A DNA stretch of 64,000 nucleotides, from positions 3,982,213-4,046,212 of the forward strand of contig CM082589.2 of the NCBI GenBank assembly GCA_040954595.2, in the 5' to 3' direction. The position numbers and the translations under genes were made by a program. How positions within the stretch are numbered: position 1 is the first letter of the stretch; each line of letters begins with the position of its first letter. Positions 36,901 to 52,100 of this stretch are shown here, one piece after another. Below the pieces are notes generated by a model. That model ran no database searches, was not told where the DNA came from, and was given only the letters and a program-made list of their open reading frames with translations. Source of the stretch: Balanoglossus misakiensis (taxonomy: Eukaryota > Animalia > Hemichordata).

Positions 36901-39900
36901 ATGGTGAGCCAATGCAATTTCTGTTAGCAGCAGTACATATTGGCCATAACAGCTGCCTCAAAGAAAACCATACATATCAGTACTTTACTGGCTACTTTCA
37001 TATTAAAATTTTGAAGAGACAAATAGTCTCAACTCTTTGGTAAATACTGGTAGGCTGTGGACAGGTGATAAAATTCATCTGAATACTTGTGTTCCTGTTT
37101 GCAATTATAGTCTGGGAAAGTCTATATAACGGTTGACCCAGTACTATCTCTGGTATTGCTCCCGCATATCTCTGATTGATAAACGACATAATTGCCATTT
37201 ATCTTTCCAAAAAAAACGGGAATTGTTTGGCGGAAAAGAAAAGACATGCAACACACTCCTTGAATGTAACCTTGAAGACCACTTCAAAAGTCATGGAATT
37301 TTAAGTGACTGTTTTAGAGAGCATTCACACGGAAAACGAAAAGTGAATGTGGCTTCTTTGTTGGGCTTTCACACTACGGAGACTCGTGACTCGACAAACA
37401 TCTCATGGGACTCTCTGTTGATTCACCTGTGCATCTGCTGTGTAATTGTGTCCAGTCAATGAATAACACCTACACCGGTACATAGATCTGTGGATCCGAA
37501 TTCTTAAAATAAATTACTTTGGAGCATTAGGTACAATTTTGTCAATATGCTCTTGAGATTTCGATAATTGCACACCGGTTTTTCCGTTCTCAGTTCTGGC
37601 GCGGTTTTGTGCCACACAATCGTCGGACATATTCATAATGTGGTAATGATATTGAGGTGAGCTTTATTTTTGGTTTACAAGAGTTTTTTTGTTGACTCAG
37701 GTGTTGGAGGCAATGTCAAGTGGGGGACCATTGTCTGTTGGAATTAGCATTCCTTGCTTGGTCGGTGTTGGTGTAAACCATTAGTTTATTTGGAGAGCTC
37801 TCCAGATTTGTATGGCCGGGTGTTTTGACAGTAAACTGACATTCACACATCTGAAGATTGTGATATGTATGTGTGCTATTTGCTGTCTGGTAGGCAGTCC
37901 GTCACTCTGTGTGGGAAACATGGTCAGTTACCTTGTTCACACTGGTAAAACTGGAAATGACCGACTTAAATTTAGGCCTGGCTTTGATATAATGATATTT
38001 TAGTCTGTGTACATCCATAAGACCATTGGTACATTCAAAATATACACTGTCAGTGAAAATTTGGTCATCTGTGTTTAACAAGGCTTGTATGTATGTAAGG
38101 GGGAGCTTTGGCAACAATACTCCTGGATTAGTATGTGGCACTCTTCTCTGAACAAGAGAGGTCTGGCTCATACCAGGCCCATAGGAACTTAATCCAAGGG
38201 GATTTGGGAACTCGGGTAACAGCTAGTGAGTTACCAGGTTACCAGCCTAACAAAACCTCTGTCAGATAAGTGGGAATAACACCAGCTGCCCGACTAATAG
38301 AGTGTCCCCCCTCACTTGAACAATTATGGGAAACTGGCAGTTCACAATCAGGCCTGAATAGTCAATGGTACTTCACCATTGTTAGTGCAGTTACTTAAGT
38401 CGCCTTCTCGAAGCGAGGGAAAAAAGATTTAGAAAGAGATATTAGTTGTTGTTGGTCCTGGCTGGCCCCAAAAGAGGCCATTATATACACAGACATGGCC
38501 TGTGATAAATGGTCAATTAGCTAGATCAAGGTTACACGTGAGAAGAAGCAGGGAGCTAGATTAGGGGCAGCCTGAAAGTTCTGATTGTGCTCATAACTGA
38601 TTATTGATGCACTCAAACAACAACATAATAAAAACAAACAAACAACAAAAGAAGTTCAACATAACTGTTTGATGAGTGATATCTTTCACATGCTTTTGCA
38701 TATGTGACAGGAGAGTGTGTGTGTATGACAGTGATGAGGGTTGATGAATAGCAGTCTACAGACAGCCTTGCTCCACTTTCTGGTATTGATGGCAAGATTA
38801 CATGCCTGCAGACATTTATCACTTCTCCATCTCTGTGAAGAGATGTGAGGCAGAACATGCATGCACGTAGCCCTACGTACAGGTCTGTGTGTTCGTGCAT
38901 TGATGGTAGAACATTTCCGGAGAAGAAATCCTGTTTCCTCTAATCATGTTTGAGTAGGGATAATCCCAGTGAATGTTCTGCTTTAGTGCTGTTGCTAAGG
39001 ATATCTGCCTATGCTAACAGCTTTCACTGAGTGTGTGTGTATGTATGTGCGTGCGTGTGTGTGACTGTGTAAAGTGTAAAGGACGGGTGAAACATTTGAG
39101 ACCCGTGGTTCATAAATCAAGCCAGCCAAAGTCTCAGGTGCCACGTTTGTTGAAAAAGTCCTCCAGGGTTCGCTTGCCGAGAGAAATCGGCACCGCCGTC
39201 TTGGGTGTCAGCGCAAGAAAGGAACGTTTGTGGTGTCAGCAGACAGTGTTTACACGGTGCACAGATCCGTCTCTCTGACCCGTGCAGTGGCAGGTTGGAT
39301 TTGTTTGGGCCCGTCGTCGTGTACGGCTGCGTTCTCTGAAATAGAAAGATTACATGGTGAAAGGACCCTCGCGATTGATGTTACAGTTCTCGTGTTACAA
39401 CCAATTGCCTTGACTTCTCACTCCCCTTGCTGTGAGCCGGCGTTCCCGCTAAGGTTTCGTGAGGGTTGCATGCTGCAAGTTTGGTTTTGGTGCCTTGAAG
39501 GCCGATGGCCCATAAACAGAGGGTACTGTAGCGAGCCATCCTTCTGGCTGTACAGCTAGAAACAAAAACAAGAATCTGTTTGGGGTTCAATTCATGTATC
39601 ATGCCACCAAGTTAATCCGGTGATTTCAAATGTTTTAATTCTCCACAGCCGCACTTACAGGCAACTGGAAAATGTCAGTCACTTGTCTGAAGTACCAGGG
39701 TACTTAGTAAGAAACAGCTGATACCTTTTAATACTTGACAATGGACCAGTAGGAGATTGAAGTTGGCTGGCGAATTTCAAATTACAAACCCATTGTCGGG
39801 AACCAGACACTGGAACTGAGCTAGATCCCGATTAAGACTAACAAGTACATTGTAATGATCCTAGATATCCCATATATTGCCTGCAGGCAAAATAAAATAA

Positions 39901-40112
39901 AAGAAAGCAGAAACGTATATCTTTGTGTCTTATTTCAGTTCAAGGAGGCAATGGCTAGTGGACGAGTTAATGGATAAAGTACTTGACCACCAGCCAATAG
40001 CCAGTGTTGTTCACACAATACAGACATTGTGTATTGTCCTACAATCTGTCTGGGACATGGTGTAGGGCCAAAAGAAAATCCTTTCTTGGGTTAAATTTGG
40101 TCTGTATCCACA

Positions 40113-40179
<67 letters not shown>

Positions 40180-43100
40180 TATATATACAAGTCAGTGCTA
40201 AGTAAGCAATATATTTGCAGAGTCAATCATCAAAGAGCAAGGAAGTGACTAAGACAACTGAAAAGGTTTCTGTGTGACAACTCTACAAGAAGCCATACCA
40301 CTTCCCGTGGACACACAAAACAGAATAAAGACATGTGTACAATGTACATGCACGGTCAGTCCACTCTGTGGTACTTTGTGTGTGCCTTTGAAGTATTAAA
40401 GGAGGTAAAGATCTTGCATAATCTTTGCGGTATGTGGAACAGGGACACCATCACTGATGGGTCGACAGCGCGCTCTGATGTTTTGCCAACATGTGTCAGT
40501 TGAGTGGTACGTGCAGACACTTCGGATTGAAGTCCCTTTCAATATTTACTAGCAGACCCCTTTGTGCCTTTTGACCATGGAATAGCTAGATCATTCACAC
40601 CGTTTGGTGTTCTTTTTTTCCCTCCCAAAGTGGTGAAATATTTCTGTGTGAAGTTTATTATAGAATTACTAGAGTACTGGTATGCCAGGTATTCCGGTCC
40701 GCAAGGACACAAGGGGCTGTGACCTCGTGCTATGGAAACATGCCCCTCTTTCAAAGGGTGTGATGATTAAACATTTTCAAGAGACATTTTGGGCTCCTGT
40801 CGTCTCACACTATTTGCGTTTTCATTGTTGGTATGTGTATATATCAATACATGTACATGACAACATTTTTTTCAATTATAACATGTTGCTTCATAATCAT
40901 GCCATAGATTGTCGGATGATAATTGATAGGGGAACATATTTTTTATTTCAGACAAATTTGTCAATGAAAAGTCTGGGTTACGTCAGGTTGTAACTTCTTT
41001 TATACATTGTAGGTCAAATTTCACTGGCATGATGGTTGCATTTCTGACATGTGCCCTCTGTAAATCTGTCGTATCATTTTACTAATCAGTCATTTCCTGT
41101 GTTTACTTCTTCCCAGCTTTTCAGCTGCAACTTACTGACTTGATTAATGGCCTTTTGCCGTGTACGAGTGACACTCATCAAACCATGGACAGGTGGACGA
41201 CAGCTCCATTGTCTGCCAAGTTGGCATGTTCCTCTATGTTTGACTGTGATTGACCACAGACAGCTAACCCTGTGACCCCTTTTCCTTGTATAGATGCCCA
41301 GCACTGCCATTGAGAACAATAGAGTTGGACCAAACCATGGTGGTGAAAGGGTTAATTTTAAAGTAATCAAGGTGATCAAACACACACACTGAGAATAAAA
41401 GAATGAATTTTTTTGCTGCGTGTTTTTCACCTTGTGCACAATGCAGCGCGATTCAGAATGCGTCCAATCCTCCGAGACAATAAAAGCCACCTTCTGAAGG
41501 GTTTGAATAGGAAACACCTGTTTGCGCGGAATAGGCCACTTGAAACTCTTCATTCTCTTGTGCGGCTCAGTAATTCTTCGGAAGTGAAATCACATCAAAA
41601 CATCTCTGGAATCCCAGCATTGTGTCCACAGTCCTTTGTCTACACGAAGTCAGTTTTGAAAAAGACACAGCACTGTCATGTACATTGTGAGAGAGAGACG
41701 CACGTGCCCAGAGAAAACAACCCGCCAGCTAGGATAGCCATCAATTAAGCTCATTAAACTCATAAATACCTTCACGGTCGTTTGGTCCACGAGTGTCTGT
41801 TTTACAGGTATACCTGAGTGTGTGTGTGTACGTGCTGAGGAATCGAGGAATTTCCCCGGCAAGGTTGTTGAATTCATTTTGCCGAGGAAAACAAAGATTA
41901 TCCTCGGGCTGTGGGCCTTTCTGTTGATGCCGGCCCAGAATTAGTACTGGAACTCATTCTGTAAAACAATTAAAATCAATACACATGAATTCACTAGAGA
42001 CAAAAAACTTTGATTTGGAGGCGCTCTTCATCCAAGCGACGGTCAGATTTTGATTCGAGTCGGCTGTGAGTTCAGCTCCCAGGAATGTCTATCACATTGT
42101 TCCCTATGGTAAAACTGAAGCTCTTTATGTGTGGTTAATCAGATTTTTACATCATGGGTGCTGCAGCTTGCATTGTGTAGAAAATCTAATCATGTACAAT
42201 CGTAATCCAAATACAACATATCAAATAAGCATGTGTGTCATCTTAATATCTCAATATCAGTGGCGATCCAACTCCAACTTTACCCATCTACATTGTGCAA
42301 TGTTTGGTTAAATAACCTTGGCATTTAAAGCAAGCATTTGCCAAGATACAGTTATGTCAATAACTCTTTTTTGAACATAGTTGCAGTCATCTCAACACCG
42401 TATTCCAGCCATCAGCTTCGACAGACCGTCTATGTGTATGGACTCTTATTGGTAGAGTTTTGTCTCAGACAGAACATGTATTTGTTGGTTTATAAAGTCT
42501 GAAACCATTGCCTTCTTTGGGTACACAATGATTATTTATGTGGTCAGATTTTTGTGATGGGAGTTTTGCATACATGTAGTTATAAAACATGTATGCATGT
42601 CGTTGAATATCATTGTGACTTGAAAACAATGAGCAAGTTTTCTAAATTTATCTATTACATGTACATGTAGGTGATGTAATATAACATAATCAAAATCACA
42701 CAAAAAATGTTTAGGTAACTGTGATTTAGTTAATATTTATTGTTTGCATTACCACTTGTGTTATATATGAGCTTTCCTTTCGCATGTAAGCAAAGGATTT
42801 CAACTCTTTGTTTCTGTCAGTTATCAGTTTGTCTTGTAAGTTGTAGGTCTTCAGTGTCAGTGAAACAAAAGAAATGGTCTCCAGCAGTGATTTTGTGGAA
42901 CTTGAAAACAAGTCTTTTATTCGGGTTACAACACTTTTCCCATAGGTACAATAGCCTCCGTGGTAGGTCCATTAAATTCACAAACTCTTCATTACAGGGC
43001 CAGGCCACACACAGGTGTTAATTAGGCTAAAGTACTAGTTCTCCAAACAACAGATAAATTGCATGTAATTAAAAAGAATTTAAAAAGAATTAAAAAGCAA

Positions 43101-46100
43101 CACATTGTGCACTGTATACAGTTTCCAACATTTGGCCGTAACCTGGTTTTAGAGTGAGTGTGCAAGGTTAGACTGTGGTTTTTGGTTGGCAGAACAATAA
43201 AAGTGACAGGAATCAATAAATGATCTGTACAAGAATAAAGAAACAGGTTGTGATTGCTACAGATACATGTACGTGCCACCACCACCATCAGCTGCAGTTC
43301 ATCACCCTCCCCAGCTATTTCAAACACTCCCCGCCATGATTTACAGTCTGAGCTTTAGTATTAGATAAATGTCAATAAAGATACAGTGCTTGCCCTGTAG
43401 TGTCACTGAATCACTTCCCTTGAGATTTTTAACAACATGTGATGGCTGGGCCAATGTGTGTGTGTATAAATCACACTCCTATCTGTGTTGAATACCAGAT
43501 GCCAGCTGGAATATAGAGAGCTCGTAAAAGCTCCTGGTGTACATGTTGTTACTGTGTGAATTGCCTCTGCTGTTGACCTTACTCCCAAGGACAACACAAA
43601 CATTGGCTGCATGTGTAGAGTGGTCAGATATCAAATAGTGGCTGGGCCCACTTCATTCATATAAGTTAGACCACGGATATACATACAGTTACATGTATAT
43701 GTAATTTGTCGAAAAGAATGTTCATATTACTTTATCACACCATTTAGTATACAGCCTGTGGTGACAACCTGAACACTGGGTATTTTATCATGCTACATAG
43801 AGTAGAACATGATGTTGTACATGTACATGCATAGCAGTGTCTGTCCCATTTCTTCAACTCCCACTTTATAGCAAGATAACTGTTGTTCTACCAGACCAGT
43901 ACACATGGTACACTAAGTGTGTTTAATAGCTCAGTACTGAATTTTTTTCTACTCAATATGTATTGAATTAATTGGGCTAACTTTAGATTTTAGGAGTTTC
44001 AAAATCAACTAAAATACCTCTGCAATCAGGAAAGCATTCCTGGAATACAACCCTGTCAGTCAGCCACAACGTATAATTTGAATTCACGCGAGACATGTGA
44101 AAATTCCCACTTTATCTGCAAGTGTTTCCATACTTGATTACAATGCTGATGGTGTGTTTGCAAACAGAAATGTCGCACACTTGCAGTTCAGATGACCATC
44201 CCCCCCTTTAACCCTTTCATCCCCAGTTCCTTCTATAGAGGTCCAATCTTACCATAGAAAACAATAGATTTGGACTGGACCATCATAGTGAAAGGGTCAA
44301 AGAACATACTTCCAATGTAAAGGGGAAAATGGGAAGACACATATTTGAAGACCACAACTGTGTGGGCCAGTATTCTCTGAGGTGGATGTTGATGCATTTA
44401 CATGTACTCTGGGAGAATAAATAAATGATGTTTTGTACATTTCGACTTCACAGCACCAGAAAAAAAAAACCTGCACATTAGCCCCACCTTACTGCAACAA
44501 CACTTTTTGTGTAAAACGGGTGCATAATTCGTAATGTCAACCACCTTTTCTGCCGTTGCCCCAAGCTGTTGTTTTGTCTAGTTGAAATGAACAATTATGC
44601 GAATCATCTGAAAGGTCCCCAATCGCAGTGTGAGGTCTGTAGCCTTACCCAGAGTGTTACATTCAAAGTAACATGCTGTCTAGAGTAGACCGTAGATGAT
44701 AATTGCTTGGTATGTTGTGCCCGTCATCTTGATCAAAACAAGTTTCCTGTATCCCAAAATCATGTCTAATTGTAGTGTATGTTTTCTTGCAGAGATCTAC
44801 GTTTCAACAAAATAGAAGAGATCCCACCAGGATCCTTTGCATATTTACCAGATCTTAATACCTTACTACTAAATAATAATAAAATTAGGGTCGTTCGCAA
44901 TGGAGCCTTCAGGGGCCTGGATAACCTTAAATACTTGTAAGTACAATTTTCTGCAATTTCTGATGATTCTATAGGAATGGATATTTCAAAGTCATGTTTC
45001 ATTGTAATTTACCGATACATGGAATCAAACAACGTGTTGGATGATCGAAGCCTTATTTTCTCTCCACAGATACCTTTACAAAAATGAAATAGAAGAAATA
45101 GAAAGCAATGCATTTGCAGGACTACAGTCACTTGAACAGTTGTATCTTTATTTCAACAATTTACAAACTGTGGACCATGATACATTTCGTAATCTTCCCT
45201 CTTTAGAAAGGCTGTAAGTATGATTTTATTGTGTAGCCATGTCTGTTGTGCCCATCAACCAGAACCTCCTTCGAAACACCACAATGATGATGGTTGATAG
45301 TGATGATGATGTTGATGATGGTAGTCATAGCAATCTTTGTGTCATTCTTTTTTTTCAGATTTCTCCACAACAACCAGCTTAGTACAATCAAGCCTGGGAC
45401 ATTCTCGAACCTGTCGTCTCTGAAAAGACTGTAAGTGCTGTCTACTGAATCAGAAAACCTGGAACTCAGGGTTATTTTTTACCACCGAATTCTGCCGAGT
45501 ACACTGTCTGAAGGATTTGCATTTGTGACATTCCCACTGTTGCAATGGCTATGTTCTTTCACATGCTCTCTTTGCCAGGTGCATGCTGCCATCAGTGGTC
45601 ATCAAGGCTTGTCAAACATTCAACTTCATCAAAAAATCTTGTTAGTTTGTTTAAGCAGGGTTACTTGCACAGACAGCCATGACATGTGGGAATGTTATTT
45701 GAACCGCGGGATTGATTTCAATTCGACCATTGTGAATGACATGGCGATTGAATTTGAAAAATGGCATTTGGCGATGGACAGTTTTGATTCTTTTCCTGAG
45801 CCATGACCGGGTCTCAATGCGGGCCGGAATGCTAATGAGTTAAATGCCTGTCAATCAGGAATTCCATGTATTCTTAACACAGTTGCAGCCAGCTTTATGT
45901 GGCAAGTTTAATGTTACAGAATGCTCCACCGGGAACATGGCACCCCACGGTTGGATTAATTATATAAAAAGAAGAATCCTAATGGGAACAGAGTGTTTTC
46001 ATGTGGAGTGTCCCTGACCAGGTTTACAGGACATATACAAACAAAATTGCTTTCTTTCATCAAGTTTGTAAACGCGTTTAATGTTGTTATGTGTTTCTCT

Positions 46101-49100
46101 TCACTCATGTCAGACGGCTCGACTCCAACAACTTGATCTGCGATTGCCAGATTCTGTGGCTGGCCGAACTTCTTCGAGTGGCACGGAGCAGTGGCAACAC
46201 TCAGTCAGCGGCTACCTGCCATGAACCGATCACTCTGCGAGGGCATCAGCTGGTTACGGTGTCCGCCGAAGAATTGAACTGCGGTGAGTGATGTCATGAG
46301 CAGAAGATTTCTAATCACAGTGCACCCTTTCAGCTGTTGAGGGGTCGTAAAAAACATATCAGCTTAAATTTTTTAAACATTATTTATAATTTATGCAAAT
46401 ATATTCATCAAGTAAAAAATATTTATAATTTTTGGAAATATATTCATCAAAATAAAAAACGTGCCATGGAGTTATACGAAGCAACAATACATGAAAACTG
46501 TACCCATACTAACAAAAATACTGAGCCACAGTTATGCTTATAAACCAAATAACTCATGCTGAAGGGCACCACACCATAAAATGCCTACTGTACATTTCTT
46601 TCTCACAGTTCCACCGACAATTACCATGGAACCATCAGACGTGGATGCAACCTACGGAAACCAGGTGGTCTTCAGTTGCCAGGCAACGGGAGATCCCAAA
46701 CCCGACATCATATGGCTCCACAACAGGTATTAAAAAGTGTGAGCTTTCTGACACAAGCGTGCCTTCGGGTTGGCTAAATGTCTGTACTTCTACCTTATGC
46801 CGTTGTCAAAACTTCCGAAAACCAGTTGAAAAGACTCTTGGAAAGTCAAGGAATTTTGAGTGAAGTTAAAGGTGCCCCCTGAGCCCTGGCTGTGTCTGGG
46901 GTCTGTGTTCCAGCAATCCTGAGAGAATTTCAGGTCACTTCTAAAATGTGAGGTCTGCCATGTCACATTCTAAAGTGGGAACTGCTATAACTCTTCCTAC
47001 GTACTTGCAGTCTAAAAATGTCCCCTTTTGTCTGCGAATCTAATTTTGTAATCTAATATTTTCTGTAACAAATTTCTCCAAGATTCCGCAAATGTTTTAC
47101 TGGAGGTGGACCAGGGTAGTCAATGAAATCTACATGACCCATTTCTAAAGCAGAAACCCCAAATTACTGACCATATCTTTGCAGTGAAAAAAAAACAGTC
47201 TGATTTCCATCAAACCGACAGCAGTAATTGAGTTTTGCACTCCCAGCTGATAAACGATACCCAACTCCATTCTGCAATAAATAGCTCACAAATCAGCACA
47301 TTGCCACACCAAGAAGTGAAAGTGTTTACACAGATGTACAAATTCACAAAGTAATCTTAGGGTCGTCTCAAGGTCACCTTGGGCTCTCAGACTGGAAGAT
47401 AGACATCTACCAGCTGGGAAAGGGGGGGGGGGGAGTTGTCATGAACTGTTTGAAATGTCAAAATGTCCATGTCGCAGAGACCTAGTTACAATTGCAACAA
47501 GAAAGAAAGATAGATAGATTCTTGCTGTGGAGATCCTCTGAATTTATTGGTTGATGGATTTTTTGTACATGCATTAATGAAGGCAATGAACTTGGTTGGC
47601 TAAGAGTGATATCTGCAAGAGAGACAAATTCGTAAACTGACTCCTTTTCTCGGCAGTGAGAAAATTGATGTCGCTGTCAACCACGAGAAGTACATCCTCC
47701 TGGACGATGGCAGTCTCATGATCTACCACGCGGAGGACATCGACGAGGGCTCGTACGAGTGCATGGCCCGGAACGCCGTCGGGGAAGCGGTAACTAGGAC
47801 AGCGAATTTACGTTATCTGGGTGAGCCAAGTAAGTGTGGTGGCGTCACTATTAACATCCCTCCTGCCTTCAATGACCTTAATATTGACACGGTAACGTTT
47901 CAGACATCTTTACTTTTCAGTAACCAGGGTAGTTATGTAATAAAGCAATCTGATTAAAATCAGATGTAGGGAACGGCGACATGTTTTTTTCCCTACATCT
48001 GATTTTAATCAGATTGGTAACAAAGTAAACACCTATACATTGTATGTGGTCCCAGGCCTGTAGTCAGCCCATATTTATTCATACTGTACAGGGAAAGTCA
48101 CACAAGAAACTGCAACAGATACTCAAAACAGTGAGAAAGTATTTAAAAGTTACAGCTAATCAGATACCATCCCTCATACACAAATAGAACATCCAGTACT
48201 AAATTTAGGATGGATAGATACATGTACCTCATTGTTTCAATTTGTAAACATGATGTATTTTTAACACATTGGTTTAATTTACTTCAATGTAGAGCTCACC
48301 AAATTTAACTTCAAAATTACTCTAAATCTGATATCCCCTCTTCTCTTGTGGCGTCACATGTGAAAATGTACATGTACCTGTTATTAATTCTAATACCTAA
48401 TTATAACATATTAAAACCAAAATCTAAAGGTAAGTTTGTACTGAACCCATTTGCATAGGAGAAAGTTACGGACAATCAATTTCAATGTGAACCTAAAGTT
48501 TGTCCCAACATGCAAATAAATGCCGTCTCAGGGAATCCTGTCATGTTATCGTGAACTTTCCAGTGAGTTTTACTGGCTAAACCACAGAGAAAGTTTGAAA
48601 TATTAAGAATTCTTTCTGCCACATTGTAAATTCTTTCTCATTAGTTACACGGCAGTAAACCAGGCAGGGGACATACCCGGTACTCGCAACGCAGAGACCC
48701 GGGGCTCAGACATTAACCCCCAAATTTATCGCTTCGATCGCATTCCAATTCCGCAGGTCGACCATCTTTCACGTACCGACCGGAAGACACCGAGGTGCGA
48801 CTGGGAGAGAGTGTGGTGCTGCACTGCAGCGCCACCGGCTACCCGAAGCCGGTCATCGTCTGGACGAGGCACGATCAAATTCTGCCGCAGGAGGAGAGGT
48901 ACAATATCTCGCCGTCGGGGTCTCTTCACATCCTGGACGTGCAACGGCACGACCACGCGACGTACAGATGCGAGGCCGTGAATAGCGTGGACACAGTCTC
49001 GGCAACTGCGCAGCTGATTGTACTCAGTGAGTGATATATCTTTTTTGTCTTTGACTTTACCAGATATTTTTGGTCAAGCATCGAGCGGACCTGACGACAA

Positions 49101-52100
49101 ATTCTGTCACTCCGCACTATTTAATTTGCCGGACAGTGTTCATACATGTGCACTTATTGTCTCAAACACAAACTCGAGGGCCAGCTACAATCTTCAACCA
49201 GATGCAACAAATCTAGTGCAAATCCCTTGGGACAAGTCCTCACATCCGTTGATATTACAGCAAGTGCTGACATGATATCTTTTCTTAGCCTGGGCGCCAA
49301 CTAGAGTCCAATCGATAGCATTTACATGTACTTTGTTTTTATCGTAGTTCCGCCAACTTTTGAAGTGCGGCCAGGTGACCAAGATGTGAGCGAGGGGAGA
49401 ACAGCCCAGTTCCACTGCAGAGCCCGTGGTCACCCAGAGCCGGTCATAGCATGGACCAGAGGAGGTAATGTCTAAATTACACATTTCTTAAGAGTAATCT
49501 GTAAAATGATGTGTTTCAAATGTCTGAGGACAGACTTCCCAAAGGTGACCTCAATAGAGAGGTGTGTCACTGTGTGTTTGTCTTTGAAGGAATGTTCACC
49601 AACTGACACTGTTTCTGTTCTAGATGGCATTCCACTTCCAGAAGACCGACGCCACACCCGTCTCGCCAACGGAACCTTGCGCATCGCCAGGGTGATGCGG
49701 GAAGACGAGGGACGGTATGAGTGCCAGGCCATCAACACGGCCGGTCACAGACATGCCGCTGCGAGTCTCACGGTCTCCAGAAGAGGTACGTCAACTTATA
49801 AAACAACTTATAAAACATTGATGCCTATGAATAGATAAACAAAGCATTCACAGTACATTGTATAAGTCCGGGTAACCATAACCATGAAACAATTCCAGTA
49901 ATCTGTTTTTCGTTTCCTGGTTCCAGTACCCCCTGTTTTCCTGATCACACCCAGAGACATGGAAATCCAGATCGGCTCCGACGCTCAGATTCCGTGCAGT
50001 GCCAGCGGAGTTCCGCCACCGACGTTAACATGGAGCAAAGATGGCATCCAGATCAGTGAGAGCACAAAGTACTACATCGGCCCCGAAGGGTTTTTGATCG
50101 TCCGGGACGTTGGCCGGGGTGACCAGGGAAGGTACGAGTGTTCCGCCCGCAACAGTATTGGGTTTTCGTACACCAGTAGTCAACTGAATGTCATAGGTGA
50201 GTGCCCTGCGTTGTGGATTGAGTGTGGCCTAAGTGAGTTCATCCTCAGTGATGTGTGCGTACAGTACACTACACTACACTACAAGTGTTCTTTTTCATTA
50301 AGCTAACTGTATGCTAATAATTGATTTTTGCAATGTTTCATATGTAAACACTTCAATGATTGGTAGAGAATTCAATCTGACATGATCACTGTAAATTACT
50401 ACAGCAAATGCTATTTTCGACATCAGGTACTCCAGTAATTAAGACTGCTATAAATTCCTCGAGAGCCATGAATGTTTGGTGATGTTAGCTGCAAGAACTG
50501 CTTTTTTCCTTTAGCAGTCTACATACATGTATATATATTCGTATATTTCTATTCAGTACCCGATGATCCTGTGTACAACCAGCCTGATGTAGACGGACCG
50601 GTGAGCGAAAGCAAGACCAACATCGACAACGCCATCAACACCACCCGGGAACGTCTGTTCAACAGCTCAGTGCCCAGGACACCGGGTGACCTGCTGTCTC
50701 TGTTCAAGTACCCACCTCCAGATGCCATCGCTATCAGCAGGGCAGCCGAGATTTTTGAATCCACTTTGGAGAGAGTTCATGATGCGATTGTGCGCGGAAT
50801 GAAACTTAGTCTGAATCACGTTGGTGAGTTGTATATCACACTGAACTTTTGGCCTTTTTTCGGTATTTTTCTCTCAGAGAATTCTCTTTTGTTCACAATA
50901 AGGTGTGTGATTTGTCAACCATTTCTGTTTAGAAGAAACAGTTCAGGTGAGTTGGTATCCAGATATGTGAAATTTTTAATGAAGGTAATGTTTTTTTACT
51001 GATGTGAGTTTTTTTTTCTCGACAGATTACAACAGTAGGTTCAATAACCTGGTTTCACCCGAGTATCTGCAACACCTTGCCAATGTGTCTGGATGTACTG
51101 CTCTCACAAGAACACCGAATTGTTCCAACATGTGCTTCCATCAGAAATACCGAACGTCGGACGGCACCTGCAACAACCTGAAGTATCCGCTGTGGGGCGC
51201 TTCCCTGGGACCGTTCAGCAGGATTTTGAAGCCCATCTACGAGAACGGCTTCAACACGCCCGTCGGCTGGAACGAGTCGCAGCTGTACCACGGTTACCGC
51301 AAGCCGAGCCCGCGGCTGGTCTCCACCCGCGTCGCCACGGCCGCGGAGATCACCCCGAACGAGGACTTCTCGCACATCCTCATGCAGTGGGGTCAGTTCC
51401 TCGACCACGACATCGACTTCGCCGTGGTGAGCCCCAGCAAGGTCCAGTTTGTGGACGGGTTGAAGTGCGACGAGACGTGCGAGAATCAGCCGCCGTGCTT
51501 CCCGATCAAGATACCCGAGGGCGACCACAGGATCAGGAGGAGGCGGTGCATGGAGTTCACGCGTTCCAGCGCCGTGTGCGGCAGCGGTATCACGTCGGGG
51601 TTCTTCGACAGCGTCATGCCCAGGGAACAACTCAACCAGATTACCTCGTTCATCGACGCGTCGAACGTCTACGGAAGCTCAAAAGAACTCGAGACCACCC
51701 TGCGAGACTTCGCCAACGACAGGGGCAGGCTGAGAACCGGGAATATCGTGGAGTCGTCCGGGAAACCCCTCCTGCCGTTCAATAGGAATACCCCGATCGA
51801 TTGTCTGCGAGATCCGTCCGCCAGTCCGGTGCCGTGCTTCCTAGCGGGAGACCACCGAGCCAACGAGCAGCTCGGCCTGCTGTCGATGCACACCGTCTGG
51901 ATGAGGGAACACAACCGGATCGCGGCCGAGCTCCTGAAGATGAATCCGCACTGGGACGGGGAGACCATCTACCAAGAAGCCCGGAAAATAGTGGGCGCCC
52001 AGCACCAGCACATAACCTACCGGCACTGGCTGCCGAAGATCTTAGGCGAGAGAGGATTGGAACTCATGCGGGAATACCAAGGGTACGAACCGAACACGGA

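Noticed and set aside
31100-44700. Many 60-155 aa ORFs inside PXDN intron 1 as a possible nested gene or autonomous transposon
   Set aside because: None shows transposase, reverse transcriptase or other domain motifs, and I could not chain them into a spliced model.
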